Positions 47,056 to 56,876 of a DNA stretch of 64,000 nt are shown here, piece by piece. The position numbers and the translations under genes are program-made. The first letter of the stretch is position 1, and every line of letters starts with the position of its first letter. The notes beneath the pieces were generated by a model that worked only from the letters and a program-made list of their open reading frames with translations, did no database searches and had not been told where the DNA came from. The stretch is from Candidatus Poribacteria bacterium (GTDB lineage Bacteria > Poribacteria > WGA-4E > UBA9662): contig JASMLX010000012.1 in the NCBI GenBank assembly GCA_030748495.1, positions 1,411 through 65,410 on the forward strand, given 5' to 3'.

Positions 47056-48524
47056 ATCAGACAGAGTGGCCAGTGATTTGGGCTGGACTTCTGTTGTTTC
47101 TCTTCCTGTTTAGTGGTTGTCGGAGCCAACCTGATCCGGCTGGCCTTTCCGCTCTGCAAACTGGCATTCGACTAGCAGAGATAGGCCAACATAACGAGGC
47201 TATCCCCCATTTCTCGGAGGTTTTGCGAAACCGATCTGAAAAAAGAGGTATAAATCCAACACTCCTTTTTGATGTTCACTACTGGCTAGGGCAATCTTAT
47301 GGTGCGCTGGGTCGTTATCCAAACGCAATTCGATATCTAGAAATGGCTCTAGATCTAGTCGACAAGGATCCGGTTGACCTCAAAGTTAGGCTAACTCTAG
47401 GCCAACTCTACTGGTATCAGGGCGACCAACGGGCAGCAGTCCGATACCTCCTTCCTATCCTAAGTGACTGTACAAAACAACAACTCGGAGCCATAGCCGG
47501 TTTCACTGGAGACGCATTCCAAGTAGTACGTTTATCAACAGAGCATGCGCCTACGGCCAATATGGCCGAACTCAACCAGGTCTTTACAGCCGACGGATCC
47601 TTGTTAGCCAATGCGCCCAGGGTGGGGTCTGAAAATGCAGATGATTACAGCCCCGCTTTTTCGCCGAACGGCAGACAGGTTGTTTTTGCCTCTTATCGAC
47701 TTCAGAATGCTGAGCTATTTCTGCTGGAGATCGATTCTGGACAACTCACCCAACTAACCCAAACTCCGGAAATCAACGAGTACATGCCGGTTTTCTCACC
47801 CGATGGCGAGCAGATTGCTTTCGTTACCGAACGAAAGGTTTCCAGCGAAGCCCGGATCACGGTTCAGTTGAGCGGTTCGACGCCGAGCAGTGCTACTATT
47901 TCGATCATGGAACTAGACGGACAAAACCGTCGACGGCTGACGCAGGTCAAGGCTGTGGAACGATCGCCCGCTTTCTCACTTGATGGACAGACCATCGTCT
48001 TTGAATCGGTAGAACAGAGCAGTCGAACTAACAACGAAGAACCCGATTTGGAGATCTATACCATCTCTGTCGATGGTCAAAACAGACAGCAACTGACCGA
48101 CAATCAGTTTGACGATGGTGCTCCCTCCTTTTCGCCGGATGGAGAACAGATCACCTTTTTGTCGCACCTGGATGGAAACTACGAGATCTGTGTTATGGAT
48201 CGTGATGGAGGCAACCTGCGCCGATTAACCTATACTCCGGATGGCGACTACCAACCCCGTTTCTCGCCCGACGGTAAACAGATTGCCTTCGTCTCCAACC
48301 AGAACAACGATTACGAGTTGTTCATGATGGATAGCGACGGCCAAAACCGAAGACAATTAACTAACAGCATTGGTGTTAACCTGGAGCCTCGTTTCTCACC
48401 CAATGGAAATCAGCTGGTCTTTACCTCTGACCGGCAGGGATATATGCGGGTTTACACCATGAATCTGGACCAACAGGTTTCAAAGGCTGCATTGGCCCAG
48501 CGGCTGCAACTGGTACTGAGATAG
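47052..48524 (+). CDS. TPR + TolB-like beta-propeller (PD40/WD40-like repeat) protein
   Basis: N-terminal TPR-like helices, then about six repeats of P.FSPDG..I.F.S.R.G...L..M...G.....LT. The start overlaps the upstream stop as ATGA. Confidence 0.8.
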   Translation: MNQTEWPVIWAGLLLFLFLFSGCRSQPDPAGLSALQTGIRLAEIGQHNEAIPHFSEVLRNRSEKRGINPTLLFDVHYWLGQSYGALGRYPNAIRYLEMALDLVDKDPVDLKVRLTLGQLYWYQGDQRAAVRYLLPILSDCTKQQLGAIAGFTGDAFQVVRLSTEHAPTANMAELNQVFTADGSLLANAPRVGSENADDYSPAFSPNGRQVVFASYRLQNAELFLLEIDSGQLTQLTQTPEINEYMPVFSPDGEQIAFVTERKVSSEARITVQLSGSTPSSATISIMELDGQNRRRLTQVKAVERSPAFSLDGQTIVFESVEQSSRTNNEEPDLEIYTISVDGQNRQQLTDNQFDDGAPSFSPDGEQITFLSHLDGNYEICVMDRDGGNLRRLTYTPDGDYQPRFSPDGKQIAFVSNQNNDYELFMMDSDGQNRRQLTNSIGVNLEPRFSPNGNQLVFTSDRQGYMRVYTMNLDQQVSKAALAQRLQLVLR

Positions 48525-48646
48525 TCGGAGGGTTAAACGAGATGCAGACGGAACAAAGTTCAACCTTTGGTTGACAACCTCTGATTGGCAATTTCAACAC
48601 GATCGAGGATTAGCGCAGATACATGTGCTGAGATGGAGAATAGAAA

Positions 48647-49624
48647 ATGGCAGACTTAAAAGTTGGTGTGATCGGTTGTGGTGGGCATGCCCAGAGCCAC
48701 TTCACCATGATTAAAAATGAACCACGGATGACACTGGTAGCGATAGCTGAGACAGACGATGATCGGTTACAAAAAGCTCAAACTAATCATCGTCCTCAAT
48801 TTGCCTTTACAGACTTCCGGCAGATGCTGGACCAGATTGACCTGGACTTGGTTTATGTGGTTACCATGCCTGGACACCTGTTGCCGATTGTACTGGAATG
48901 TTTGGGGCGGAATCTACACACCTCGATTGAGAAGTCACCGGGAATGGTCCCCGAAGAGACACGGCAGATGATGACGGCGGCCCGACAGAGCAAAGGTAAG
49001 GCCATTGTCTCTGTTAACCGACGCTACAAGCCGGAGGTTTTAGCTGTTCGCAGGTTGCTTCAAAAACGCGGTGGTGCGGTGCAAGTAGCGGCAAACTACC
49101 ACAAACCACCGTCGGGATTGAGACATCCGGGGCGTTGGGCAGTGGCCCCTCCGGAGATTATCTGTGACGCTATTCATCATGTTGATCTTCTTCGCTGGAT
49201 GGCAGGCCAAGCGCCAACTGAAGCAGCTCGGGCAATCGAACTCTACGCCCATTCCTGGCAAGGAGACAGAGAAGGAACACCGCGCTATAATGCTATTATC
49301 ACTTTCGATAACGGTTGCCGCGGCACCATTATGAGCCATTACGGTGTAGGATACCGTGTGCAAACAGCAGAGGTCCACACTGAAGATATGTCGGCTTATC
49401 TGGATTTAACCGGTCAACCGGAGATCACGCTTTATCTGGAAGGTAAGAGATGTGAAACCCCTCTGGATCTGGATGCTGTCGGTGGTGCTGACTTCAATGA
49501 GACACGGCATTTTACCGACTGTATCCTCAACGACACAATGCCGTGGAGTTCTCTGGAAGATCTCGTCTATACCATGGACCTCTGCCAGGCCATTGAGAAC
49601 GGTCATCAGGGACCGTTACACTAG
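48647..49624 (+). CDS. Gfo/Idh/MocA family oxidoreductase
   Basis: N-terminal Rossmann motif KVGVIGCGGHA and an EKSP segment in place of the family EKP motif. Length ~325 aa. Confidence 0.8.
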   Translation: MADLKVGVIGCGGHAQSHFTMIKNEPRMTLVAIAETDDDRLQKAQTNHRPQFAFTDFRQMLDQIDLDLVYVVTMPGHLLPIVLECLGRNLHTSIEKSPGMVPEETRQMMTAARQSKGKAIVSVNRRYKPEVLAVRRLLQKRGGAVQVAANYHKPPSGLRHPGRWAVAPPEIICDAIHHVDLLRWMAGQAPTEAARAIELYAHSWQGDREGTPRYNAIITFDNGCRGTIMSHYGVGYRVQTAEVHTEDMSAYLDLTGQPEITLYLEGKRCETPLDLDAVGGADFNETRHFTDCILNDTMPWSSLEDLVYTMDLCQAIENGHQGPLH

Positions 49625-49749
49625 GTCCCTGGTTGCACTTTCTATCCGTCCTGGTAATATAGGGCTATTTATGGACTGATGGTATTACCGAACCTCGGAG
49701 TGCCGGAGGTCTTATATACGAAGAATCAGGTTGATCTCACCAAGTTGTT

Positions 49750-50591
49750 TCTGGCCTTTTCCAATGAACTACAGATGATGAGGTGGTTGAGACTATCATC
49801 CAAGATGTAATAATAATAATCGACTACATGGTAGATGAGAAGGGGCAAGATGACAATATCATTCTGGTGCCGGTTAAGGCGGTTTAGATCTAAAACAAAA
49901 TGACAAATTAGCTGAGTGAGTTAGACGTCTTTCATCTCCTACTCTCGTCGCGATCTCGATTTCATTCCCGACATCTCTTCGACTAGCTGAAAGCCTGTGA
50001 TCCTGAACCCGGAGCTGATTAGCAGGATATTCCACCCACTGTTGCTTGGCTAGCCGAGATCTATAGTGACATCGAAGCAGGCAACATCTTCCTTTTTGTC
50101 ATTAGATTCTGAAATCGAAGCGGCGGATAATTCCAACGCCAGGTTCTAAGCTATTTTTAGTAGCTGAAGTTTTCCCTATGCCACTTTTATTAATTCATAA
50201 TCGATATCTTGGCCCCAAAGCCTGACGGTTTCCTTTAGTTGCAGGCCGCTTTCGTATAATAACTTGACGATGAGTTGAGAGGCATCTCCTATGAAATTGA
50301 TCATTTGTTTGACTTCTTCACGGGGGACATAACCTCAGGTGCGTTTTCTTTCTTTTTGCACCGTAGGGCGCTCATCACCTGGCTCTGGATGGACGGTGCC
50401 ACCTGTCTGTCAGTAGCGAGATGGGGCAGAAAATATTCGTTTTTTCCTCCCTTCCCCTTTTAAATCGTCCTGGCTCTATGGTATTGAACATATCGCTTAA
50501 TCCAATCGCGATATGCCCGTTTCGTGTAAATAGAATAGTGCTTGTACCTCACCACATCCCGGACATCATTGAGTAACCTTTTTTTCTTCAC
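49750..50591 (-). pseudogene. Decayed tyrosine recombinase, integron-integrase/XerD-like
   Basis: My own minus-strand translation from GTG 50591 reads KKKRLLNDVRDVVRYKHYSIYTKRAYRDWIKRYVQYHRARTI, then an in-frame TAA (50462-50460), then KNEYFLPHLATDRQVAPSIQSQVMSAL. After a frameshift it reads VPREEVKQMINFIGDASQLIVKLLYESGLQLKETVRLWGQDIDYELIKV. Several further stops follow, ending in a remnant ...LLIYHVV of the catalytic-Tyr motif near 49810. Confidence 0.6.
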
Positions 50592-51305
50592 TTGACATAA
50601 CTCTCTCCTGAAATTTAGAATAAGATCAAGTTATCAGGTCAAAATCCCTATCAACTAATAGTTGGATCAAGGGAAACAAATGCTGACGATACCCGCAAAG
50701 ACCGTGTATATCGACCCTGAGGTCAGGTCTCGCCCAAACTGCAAACGGCGTCTCGATCGTGTCTTGCCGTACGTCCGTTGCTGGGACATCCGAGACCTTA
50801 CCCCAGAGGCCATACGGAGCGTCTTCGGGATAGGCATACGGCGTCACGGTAAAAATGACTTCGGCAACGATGCGGTGCTGGTTTCCACAACGTTCGATGA
50901 AGAACGGTACTCCTGGTTCTACCACTGGCGTAACGAACCCGGCTGAGCCCAATCGTACCAGTTGCCAACTGGCGAGAAGAATACACCGAGCTCTTCGAAC
51001 AGTTCCCCAGCAGTTCCAGCCCGACTTGGTCACGCTGGAACTGCTGGGGAGGCCATCCAAGCTCTTTCCTTGGAATTGTGCAGGTAGACGATCAGCGTAC
51101 ACTTGTGGAAGGGCAAATACTCGACCCACGAGACATTCGTTCTGGACCTTCAGGATAGTGTGCTGCCGAAGGCGGGTTGGTCACCTTCGAAGCTTGTCCC
51201 GGCGCCCCCCCTGCACTCACCGGTGATGTCCCCATCCGTGGCTAACGACCCACAACGACACAAAAAGGGACATTTTCTAATAGGTGCCCGTTATTTTTCG
51301 TTAGC

Positions 51306-52949
51306 TTACTCTGTCCTGAGTAATCTTTCTATTTCATCAAAAATATCAGACCAATTCCCTGGGTTCCGCTGTCTATATAGCTTCATTGTTGGATACCAGG
51401 GAGAATCACCACGATCCAACAACCATCTATAATCAGGAGCGAACGGCAATAAAACCCACACTGGCTTTCCCATAGCACTTGCTAAGTGTGCAACAGAAGT
51501 ATCTACTGAAATTACAAGGTCCAGTTGCTCTATAATCGCGACTGTATCCGCATAATCATTTATTTCGCTGGTTGCGTCTATGATGGTAGTTTCATTAATG
51601 ATACGTTTTAGATCAGCCCTTCGGCTACCCGCTTGAAGGTTGAATAGCTGCACCCCAGGTAGCGATGCTAGCGGTAAAAAATTAGACAGCTGTGTCGATC
51701 GATTCCTATCATTTTTGTGTTTAGGGGATCCAGCCCAGACAATGCCAACATTTTTATTTTTCTCCTGCAGGTTCTTTAGATGGACGCTATTGTCATTTGC
51801 GAATAAATATGGAGTATTTGCGGGTATCGATGCCGAGGTTGTTCCTAGAATATATGGAATACTTAGAAGTGGCGCACAAACATTAAAATTAGGAACATGA
51901 TCCCCCTTAATAATTAAACGGTCAATTTTAGGGACATTCAATAGTAATCGAAAGAGTGGCTTTTGACACTCAACAATAATATTCCCGCTATATTTTGCAA
52001 CTTCCTCAACATAGCGAATAAATTGTATTGTGTCTCCAAATCCTTGCTCAGCAAACAATAATATAGTTTTTCCATCTAAGGGGGTACCATCCCATAACAT
52101 CTCATGGAAATCGTGACTTGGCTTCTCAAAGTTTCCTGTTTCCCACCTCCACTCATACTCCCTCCAACCATCTTCGAAGTTACCCAGCAATAATAATGCG
52201 AGGGATAATTCCAATACGCCTCGGCAAAGTCAGGCTGGAGCTCTATGGCCTGGTTATAGCTATCCACCGTCGCCTCCAGTTGCCCTAACTCTTTTAGTGC
52301 ATTGCCGCGGTTACTGTATATGCTTTGGCACAATCCGGCTGGAGCTCTATGGCCTGGTTATAGCTATCCGCCGCCGCCTCCAGTTGTCCTAACTCTTTCA
52401 GTACATTGCCGCGGTTACTGTATGCTTCGGCACAATCCGGCTGGAGCTCTATAGCCTGGTTATAGCTATCCACCGCCGCCTCTACTCTAGTTGTCCGAGG
52501 TTTGTTAATGCATTGCCACGGTTATAGTAAGCCTTGGTATAATCCGGCTTTAGCTGGATGGCTTTGTCAAATACTTGCACGGCTTCCTGTAACCGGCTTT
52601 GTCCGGCAAGTACTGCTCCTAAAACATTAAGAACAGTTAATGATTGTGGGTAGGTGTGCAGTAATTCTCTACAGACCTGCTCGACCTTTGTCATCTGCCC
52701 TGAGTGATATAGATCGATCAGAGCATTAATCTGATCCTGTGATGGGTTTGCCGTCTGTGCTTGTACCGACTGATGACGTAGTAACTCTTTTTCCAGCGGG
52801 CGCAGAGCGTTTGTTGCAATCAGGTGATTGGGCTGGTGCTGCAAAACAGCCCTGTAAAGTTGCCTTGCGACAGCAACATTACCCTGTTTGGCCATCTTTT
52901 CTGCCTGTGAGATGGCTTGTTCAATCGTTAATTGTTGGGATTGAGACAT
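51306..52949 (-). pseudogene. TPR-repeat / glycosyltransferase family 9-like protein, disrupted by at least three indels
   Basis: ORFs 52482..52949 (TPR), 52076..52333 (TPR) and 51306..52214 (GT9-like, ILLFAEQGFGDTIQFIRYV) are pieces of one gene. The breaks are a 5-nt insertion plus TAG near 52485, a 2-nt AT insertion near 52318, and a 1-nt deletion near 52208 (AEAYWN | LSLALLLLGNF junction). Confidence 0.65.
52215..52545. repeat. Tandem near-identical 102-bp (34-codon TPR) repeats
   Basis: The anchor GGCTGGAGCTCTAT recurs at 52233, 52337 and 52439, with spacings of 104 and 102 nt. A more diverged unit starts at 52546, a spacing of 107 nt. Confidence 0.85.
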
Positions 52950-53503
52950 ACTTTTTCCTCTCAGGTGAGTAACTTCAATCCATAAGCCGCTTCAGAGAGT
53001 CGGCCTCGATGTTCGTCGAAGAGATTAACGACCTTTGCCTGTTTCGTTGAAGTAGACACTCAGTTGCTGACGTTGAAAGATATTGAGGCGAGGATATTCC
53101 GTCGAAAAGTTAATCACATCGCTGGCCTTCATCGGGATAGTAAGGAGGTGAGTGGATCGTGTTTGACCGGTAATTTTTTGTCCAAATGAACGGTTGATTT
53201 ATGCCTCCTTGGTACTAGGCAAAATCCGGTGCCTGCCGGAATCTTGGCCAGTGCTATTCAGGTAGACAAATGACTACAATAGATCTAATTATTTTCGTTT
53301 GATAGTCGTTGTGTGGGCAGCGAAAACCAGATAGAAACTTGGAGTCTCTATCATCGCAATAAAAAGTCTAGATATCTCCATCGTACCGGATCATATGGGT
53401 AAAGTGGCAGTGAAACAGACGAAGTGCATTTGTGGTCATTTTCTTCTGCCGTTAGATCAAAGGGTTGTACATTCGTCTCTTTTTTCGGTTAGTGGGGCGC
53501 CCT

Positions 53504-54376
53504 TTAGGGAATAACTTTGTTCAGCGTATATTCGATGATGCCTTCGGCACCGATACGCCTCAACTCTGGAATTAGATCGCGACAGATGTGCTGATCAATC
53601 ATCGTCTCGATGGCGTACCAACCTTCCTGACTTAGTGAGGAGATAGTCGGATTTCGCATTGAAGGTAAAATCTGAATTAGATCTTCCAGATTATCTGCTG
53701 CAATATTCATCTTGAGTCCAACTTTTCCTTCCGCTTTCAATGCTCCTGCCAATAGCATCTTCAAATTCTCGATTTTGTTTCGCTTCCATTCATCCTGCCA
53801 GCTTTGGCGATGGGCAATCATAGTGGTGACCGATTCCATTACGGTCTCTACAATCCGTAGTCGATTAGCACGAAGTGAATTGCCTGTCTCTGTAATATCG
53901 ACGATGGCTTCACAGAGATGCGGTATCTTGACTTCGGTCGCTCCATGGGAGAACTTAACCGTTGCTTTGACCCCATTTTCAGCTAAATATGCTTTAGTCG
54001 ATTCCACTAACTCGGTAAAGATCACCTTACCTTCCAGATCGTGTACCGACTGAATCTCTGAATCCTCGGCCACCGCTAATACCCATCGGGCGGGACGATT
54101 GGTTTGTCGGCTATAGATAAACTCGGCTACTTCGACCACATCGACTTTACACTCTCGCACCCAGTCGCGGCCTGCCAACCCAATATCGATAACACCTCGT
54201 TCGGCATAGAGTGCCATCTCCTGTGGACGCAGCAATATGGCTTCAATCTCTTCATCATCCACTTGCGGATAATAGGAACGACTGCTGCTCGTAATTGTAT
54301 AGCCGGCTTTTTTGAACAGACTGATCGTTGATTCCTCCATAGATCCTTTTGGAATCCCAATTTTCAACACACCCAT
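53504..54376 (-). CDS. hisG: ATP phosphoribosyltransferase, long form
   Basis: LKIGIPKGSMEE.T..LF..AG, DIGL.G.D and a C-terminal regulatory domain. Length 290 aa. Confidence 0.85.
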   Translation of the reverse strand: MGVLKIGIPKGSMEESTISLFKKAGYTITSSSRSYYPQVDDEEIEAILLRPQEMALYAERGVIDIGLAGRDWVRECKVDVVEVAEFIYSRQTNRPARWVLAVAEDSEIQSVHDLEGKVIFTELVESTKAYLAENGVKATVKFSHGATEVKIPHLCEAIVDITETGNSLRANRLRIVETVMESVTTMIAHRQSWQDEWKRNKIENLKMLLAGALKAEGKVGLKMNIAADNLEDLIQILPSMRNPTISSLSQEGWYAIETMIDQHICRDLIPELRRIGAEGIIEYTLNKVIP

Positions 54377-54793
54377 TTTTATTTTCTACCTTCTATAATT
54401 ATGCTGTATCTTCTTTAACCGGAGGAATCTTATCAAACGACTGAAAAAATGTTCAAGGCTAATACAGGACTAATCTTCAATTCGTCTAAACTGATTGGGT
54501 ATGGGGATGAAAAATATTCTTGGCAATCAGCAACAAAGTTTTACGTTCACATGAATTTCAACCTATCTCATAGTGAGTAATTGTGACAGCACATGATACT
54601 AAATTTAGATACGGCGACTTGGCTAACAGACAGGTTAATATAATAATAGTTAAAGGGTAAGTGGTGGGGTGTAACTACGGAGATAATACAACAAAACAAC
54701 TTTCAGATGTTTTGGGACGGCAATACAGGGAAGGGAGCGATGATTTATAGTCTTTAGGATTAGTAACTGGGGGGAAAGGCCTGTTTAAGATAT

Positions 54794-55603
54794 CTAAGTG
54801 GGGAAAAAACTCTTCCACATTAGGTGAGCTGAAAAGACTAGAACCGCACAGACCAAAACGATACGGATTCGTTGATCTCCCTTCTCAACCGCCCAGTGAC
54901 TTCCAATCCATGCGCCAGCGGCATTGCTTAGCCCAAGTGCAACTCCAAGCCCCCAAATAACGTACCCCTGACGGATAAAGATAGCCAAAGCAACCAATGT
55001 GCAAAACAGTACTACAAGCATCTTCAAAGCGTTGGTTCTTACCAGATCGAAACCATTGACGGTAGTTAGCGTAGCGATAATCATAAAGCCAACACCCGCC
55101 TGAATGAAACCCATATAGATGCCTAAGATGAAAAAAATCAGTCTAGCCATGACTTTCCGATGCCGACTCAAATTCTCAATCTCACTCTGAAACCGCTTCA
55201 ATGGATTAAACAGGGTAATAGCCAAAACAGCGATCATAATTCCTGCTAGCGCTCGGTTGAAGATGACGCCGCTTTTATCGATTTTACCCAATTTGATAAC
55301 CAGTAAGGCGCCAACCGCTGCACCCAACATAGCCGGAATGGTAATTGAGATCCCATACCCAAAATCGGAAACGCCTTTTCGTCGGAATCCGGCGACACCG
55401 ACAATGTTCTGGATCATAATCGCCAAACGGTTAGTCCCGTTAGCATCGGTCGCCCCGGGCAAGCCGAGAAAAATCAAAACGGGTAGAGTCAGGAGGGAAC
55501 CTCCTCCCGCCACCGAATTGAGGAAGCCGGCGAAAATACCGGTAAAGGCCAGAATCGCATATTGAGCAACTGGATGTGATGATAGAGTTAAAACAAAATC
55601 CAT
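54794..55603 (-). CDS. TauE/SafE family sulfite/anion exporter membrane protein
   Basis: Eight hydrophobic helices, with the duplicated G.GGG....P.L motif (VAGGGSLLTLPVL). Confidence 0.75.
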   Translation of the reverse strand: MDFVLTLSSHPVAQYAILAFTGIFAGFLNSVAGGGSLLTLPVLIFLGLPGATDANGTNRLAIMIQNIVGVAGFRRKGVSDFGYGISITIPAMLGAAVGALLVIKLGKIDKSGVIFNRALAGIMIAVLAITLFNPLKRFQSEIENLSRHRKVMARLIFFILGIYMGFIQAGVGFMIIATLTTVNGFDLVRTNALKMLVVLFCTLVALAIFIRQGYVIWGLGVALGLSNAAGAWIGSHWAVEKGDQRIRIVLVCAVLVFSAHLMWKSFFPT

Positions 55604-55606
55604 GAA

Positions 55607-56674
55607 CTAGTTAATGATCTGGTAGAAAAAGTTGCGTTGCTTAGGAACAAAACCGAGTTCTCCGACCACTCGATCGATCTCTTCTATTGGCATACAGTAG
55701 ATAGTTCCGGCTTGGCTGACTACGTTTTCCTCGATCATTGTACCCCCCATGTCGTTAGCACCAAACTTGAGCGATAGTTGCCCGATCTTTGGTCCTTGTG
55801 TAACCCAGGAGGATTGAAAGTTGTCAAAATTATCTAGTATCAAGCGGGAAATGGCGAGTGTCTTCAGATAATCAAAACTACCGGTTGGCGGTAGATGTGC
55901 AAGCTTGGTGTGGTCAGGTTGTAATGACCAGCAGATAAAAGCCGTAAATCCACCTGTTTCGTCTTGTAGTTGTCGCAATCGAATCAAGTGTTCCACCCGT
56001 TCTCCATAGCTTTCGATATGACCATACATCATGGTAGCACTGGAGCGCAATCCAACCACGTGCCCTTGCCGCATCACCTCCAACCACTCGTCAGCCGTAC
56101 ATTTTTTGGGGCTAATTTCATCTCGTGCGTGGTTAGTCAGTATTTCTGCCCCACCACCGGGGATTGACCCGAGGCCAGCGTCACGCAAGCGAATCAGTGT
56201 CTCTTGCAAGGAGATCTTGTTGATTTTGGCGAACCAATCCAACTCCGGCGGTGAGAAGCCGTGAATATGGATATCGTAATTCGATTTTATCCAACGCAAT
56301 AGATCTTCGTACCAATCTAGCTTCAGCGTTGGGTGAAGTCCACCTTGCAATAGAATCTGGACGCCTCCCAAATCTAGTGTTTCCTCGATCTTTTGCCTTA
56401 GTTCTGGTCGAGATATAACGTAGGCATCGGGATCGGTTTTGTGCCGATAAAAAGCACAAAAATCACAATCAATATAACACCAGTTGGTGTAGTTGATGTT
56501 TCGGTCCACGATATAGGTAACATAACCTTCAGGGTGCAGACGTTGCCGTATCAGGTCTGCGGCATTTCCTATCGAAAGCAGGTCGTGGCTTTTATACAAA
56601 GTTAGGCCATCATCAAAGTCAAGACGTTGACCAGCAAGTGCTTTTTCCAATATCGGCTGAATTGTTACGTCCAT
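55607..56674 (-). CDS. Radical-SAM enzyme of the CofH/MqnC/MqnE family (futalosine menaquinone pathway, MqnC-like)
   Basis: The VDRNINYTNWCYIDCDFCAFYR cluster, GGLHP and ~355 aa. MqnC and MqnE cannot be told apart by eye. Confidence 0.7.
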   Translation of the reverse strand: MDVTIQPILEKALAGQRLDFDDGLTLYKSHDLLSIGNAADLIRQRLHPEGYVTYIVDRNINYTNWCYIDCDFCAFYRHKTDPDAYVISRPELRQKIEETLDLGGVQILLQGGLHPTLKLDWYEDLLRWIKSNYDIHIHGFSPPELDWFAKINKISLQETLIRLRDAGLGSIPGGGAEILTNHARDEISPKKCTADEWLEVMRQGHVVGLRSSATMMYGHIESYGERVEHLIRLRQLQDETGGFTAFICWSLQPDHTKLAHLPPTGSFDYLKTLAISRLILDNFDNFQSSWVTQGPKIGQLSLKFGANDMGGTMIEENVVSQAGTIYCMPIEEIDRVVGELGFVPKQRNFFYQIIN

Positions 56675-56876
56675 CTTCTACCTCTCGTACCAGTTAAGTT
56701 AGTTGGAATTTGTGTTTTTCCACTGATCTGCTGAAGGATTGTATCACTCGCACCAGATGAGAGTCAAAACCGTTTATCGCCCACTGGCTGACACTCTGAG
56801 GGCGGAAAACTTGTCATTTTTGACTCAATCTACCTCTCTGATCACTGATGCACCAGATCCTACTTGAATAATCTTT

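Noticed and set aside
50661-50667. GTTGGAT fits the integron GTTRRRY core, about 70 nt upstream of the dead integrase start. This suggested an attI site with a cassette ORF starting at 50662 or 50680.
   Set aside because: The motif is expected about once per kb per strand by chance. I could not find a matching RYYYAAC/GTTRRRY attC pair after the putative cassette, and the following genes are on the opposite strand.
52950-53503. A 550-nt gap between the TPR pseudogene and hisG, with a 35-codon minus-strand ORF (MKASDVINFSTEYPRLNIFQRQQLSVYFNETGKGR) that might be a toxin, antitoxin or transposase remnant.
   Set aside because: I recognise no family motif and see no partner ORF and no terminal repeats. 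It cannot be supported from sequence alone.
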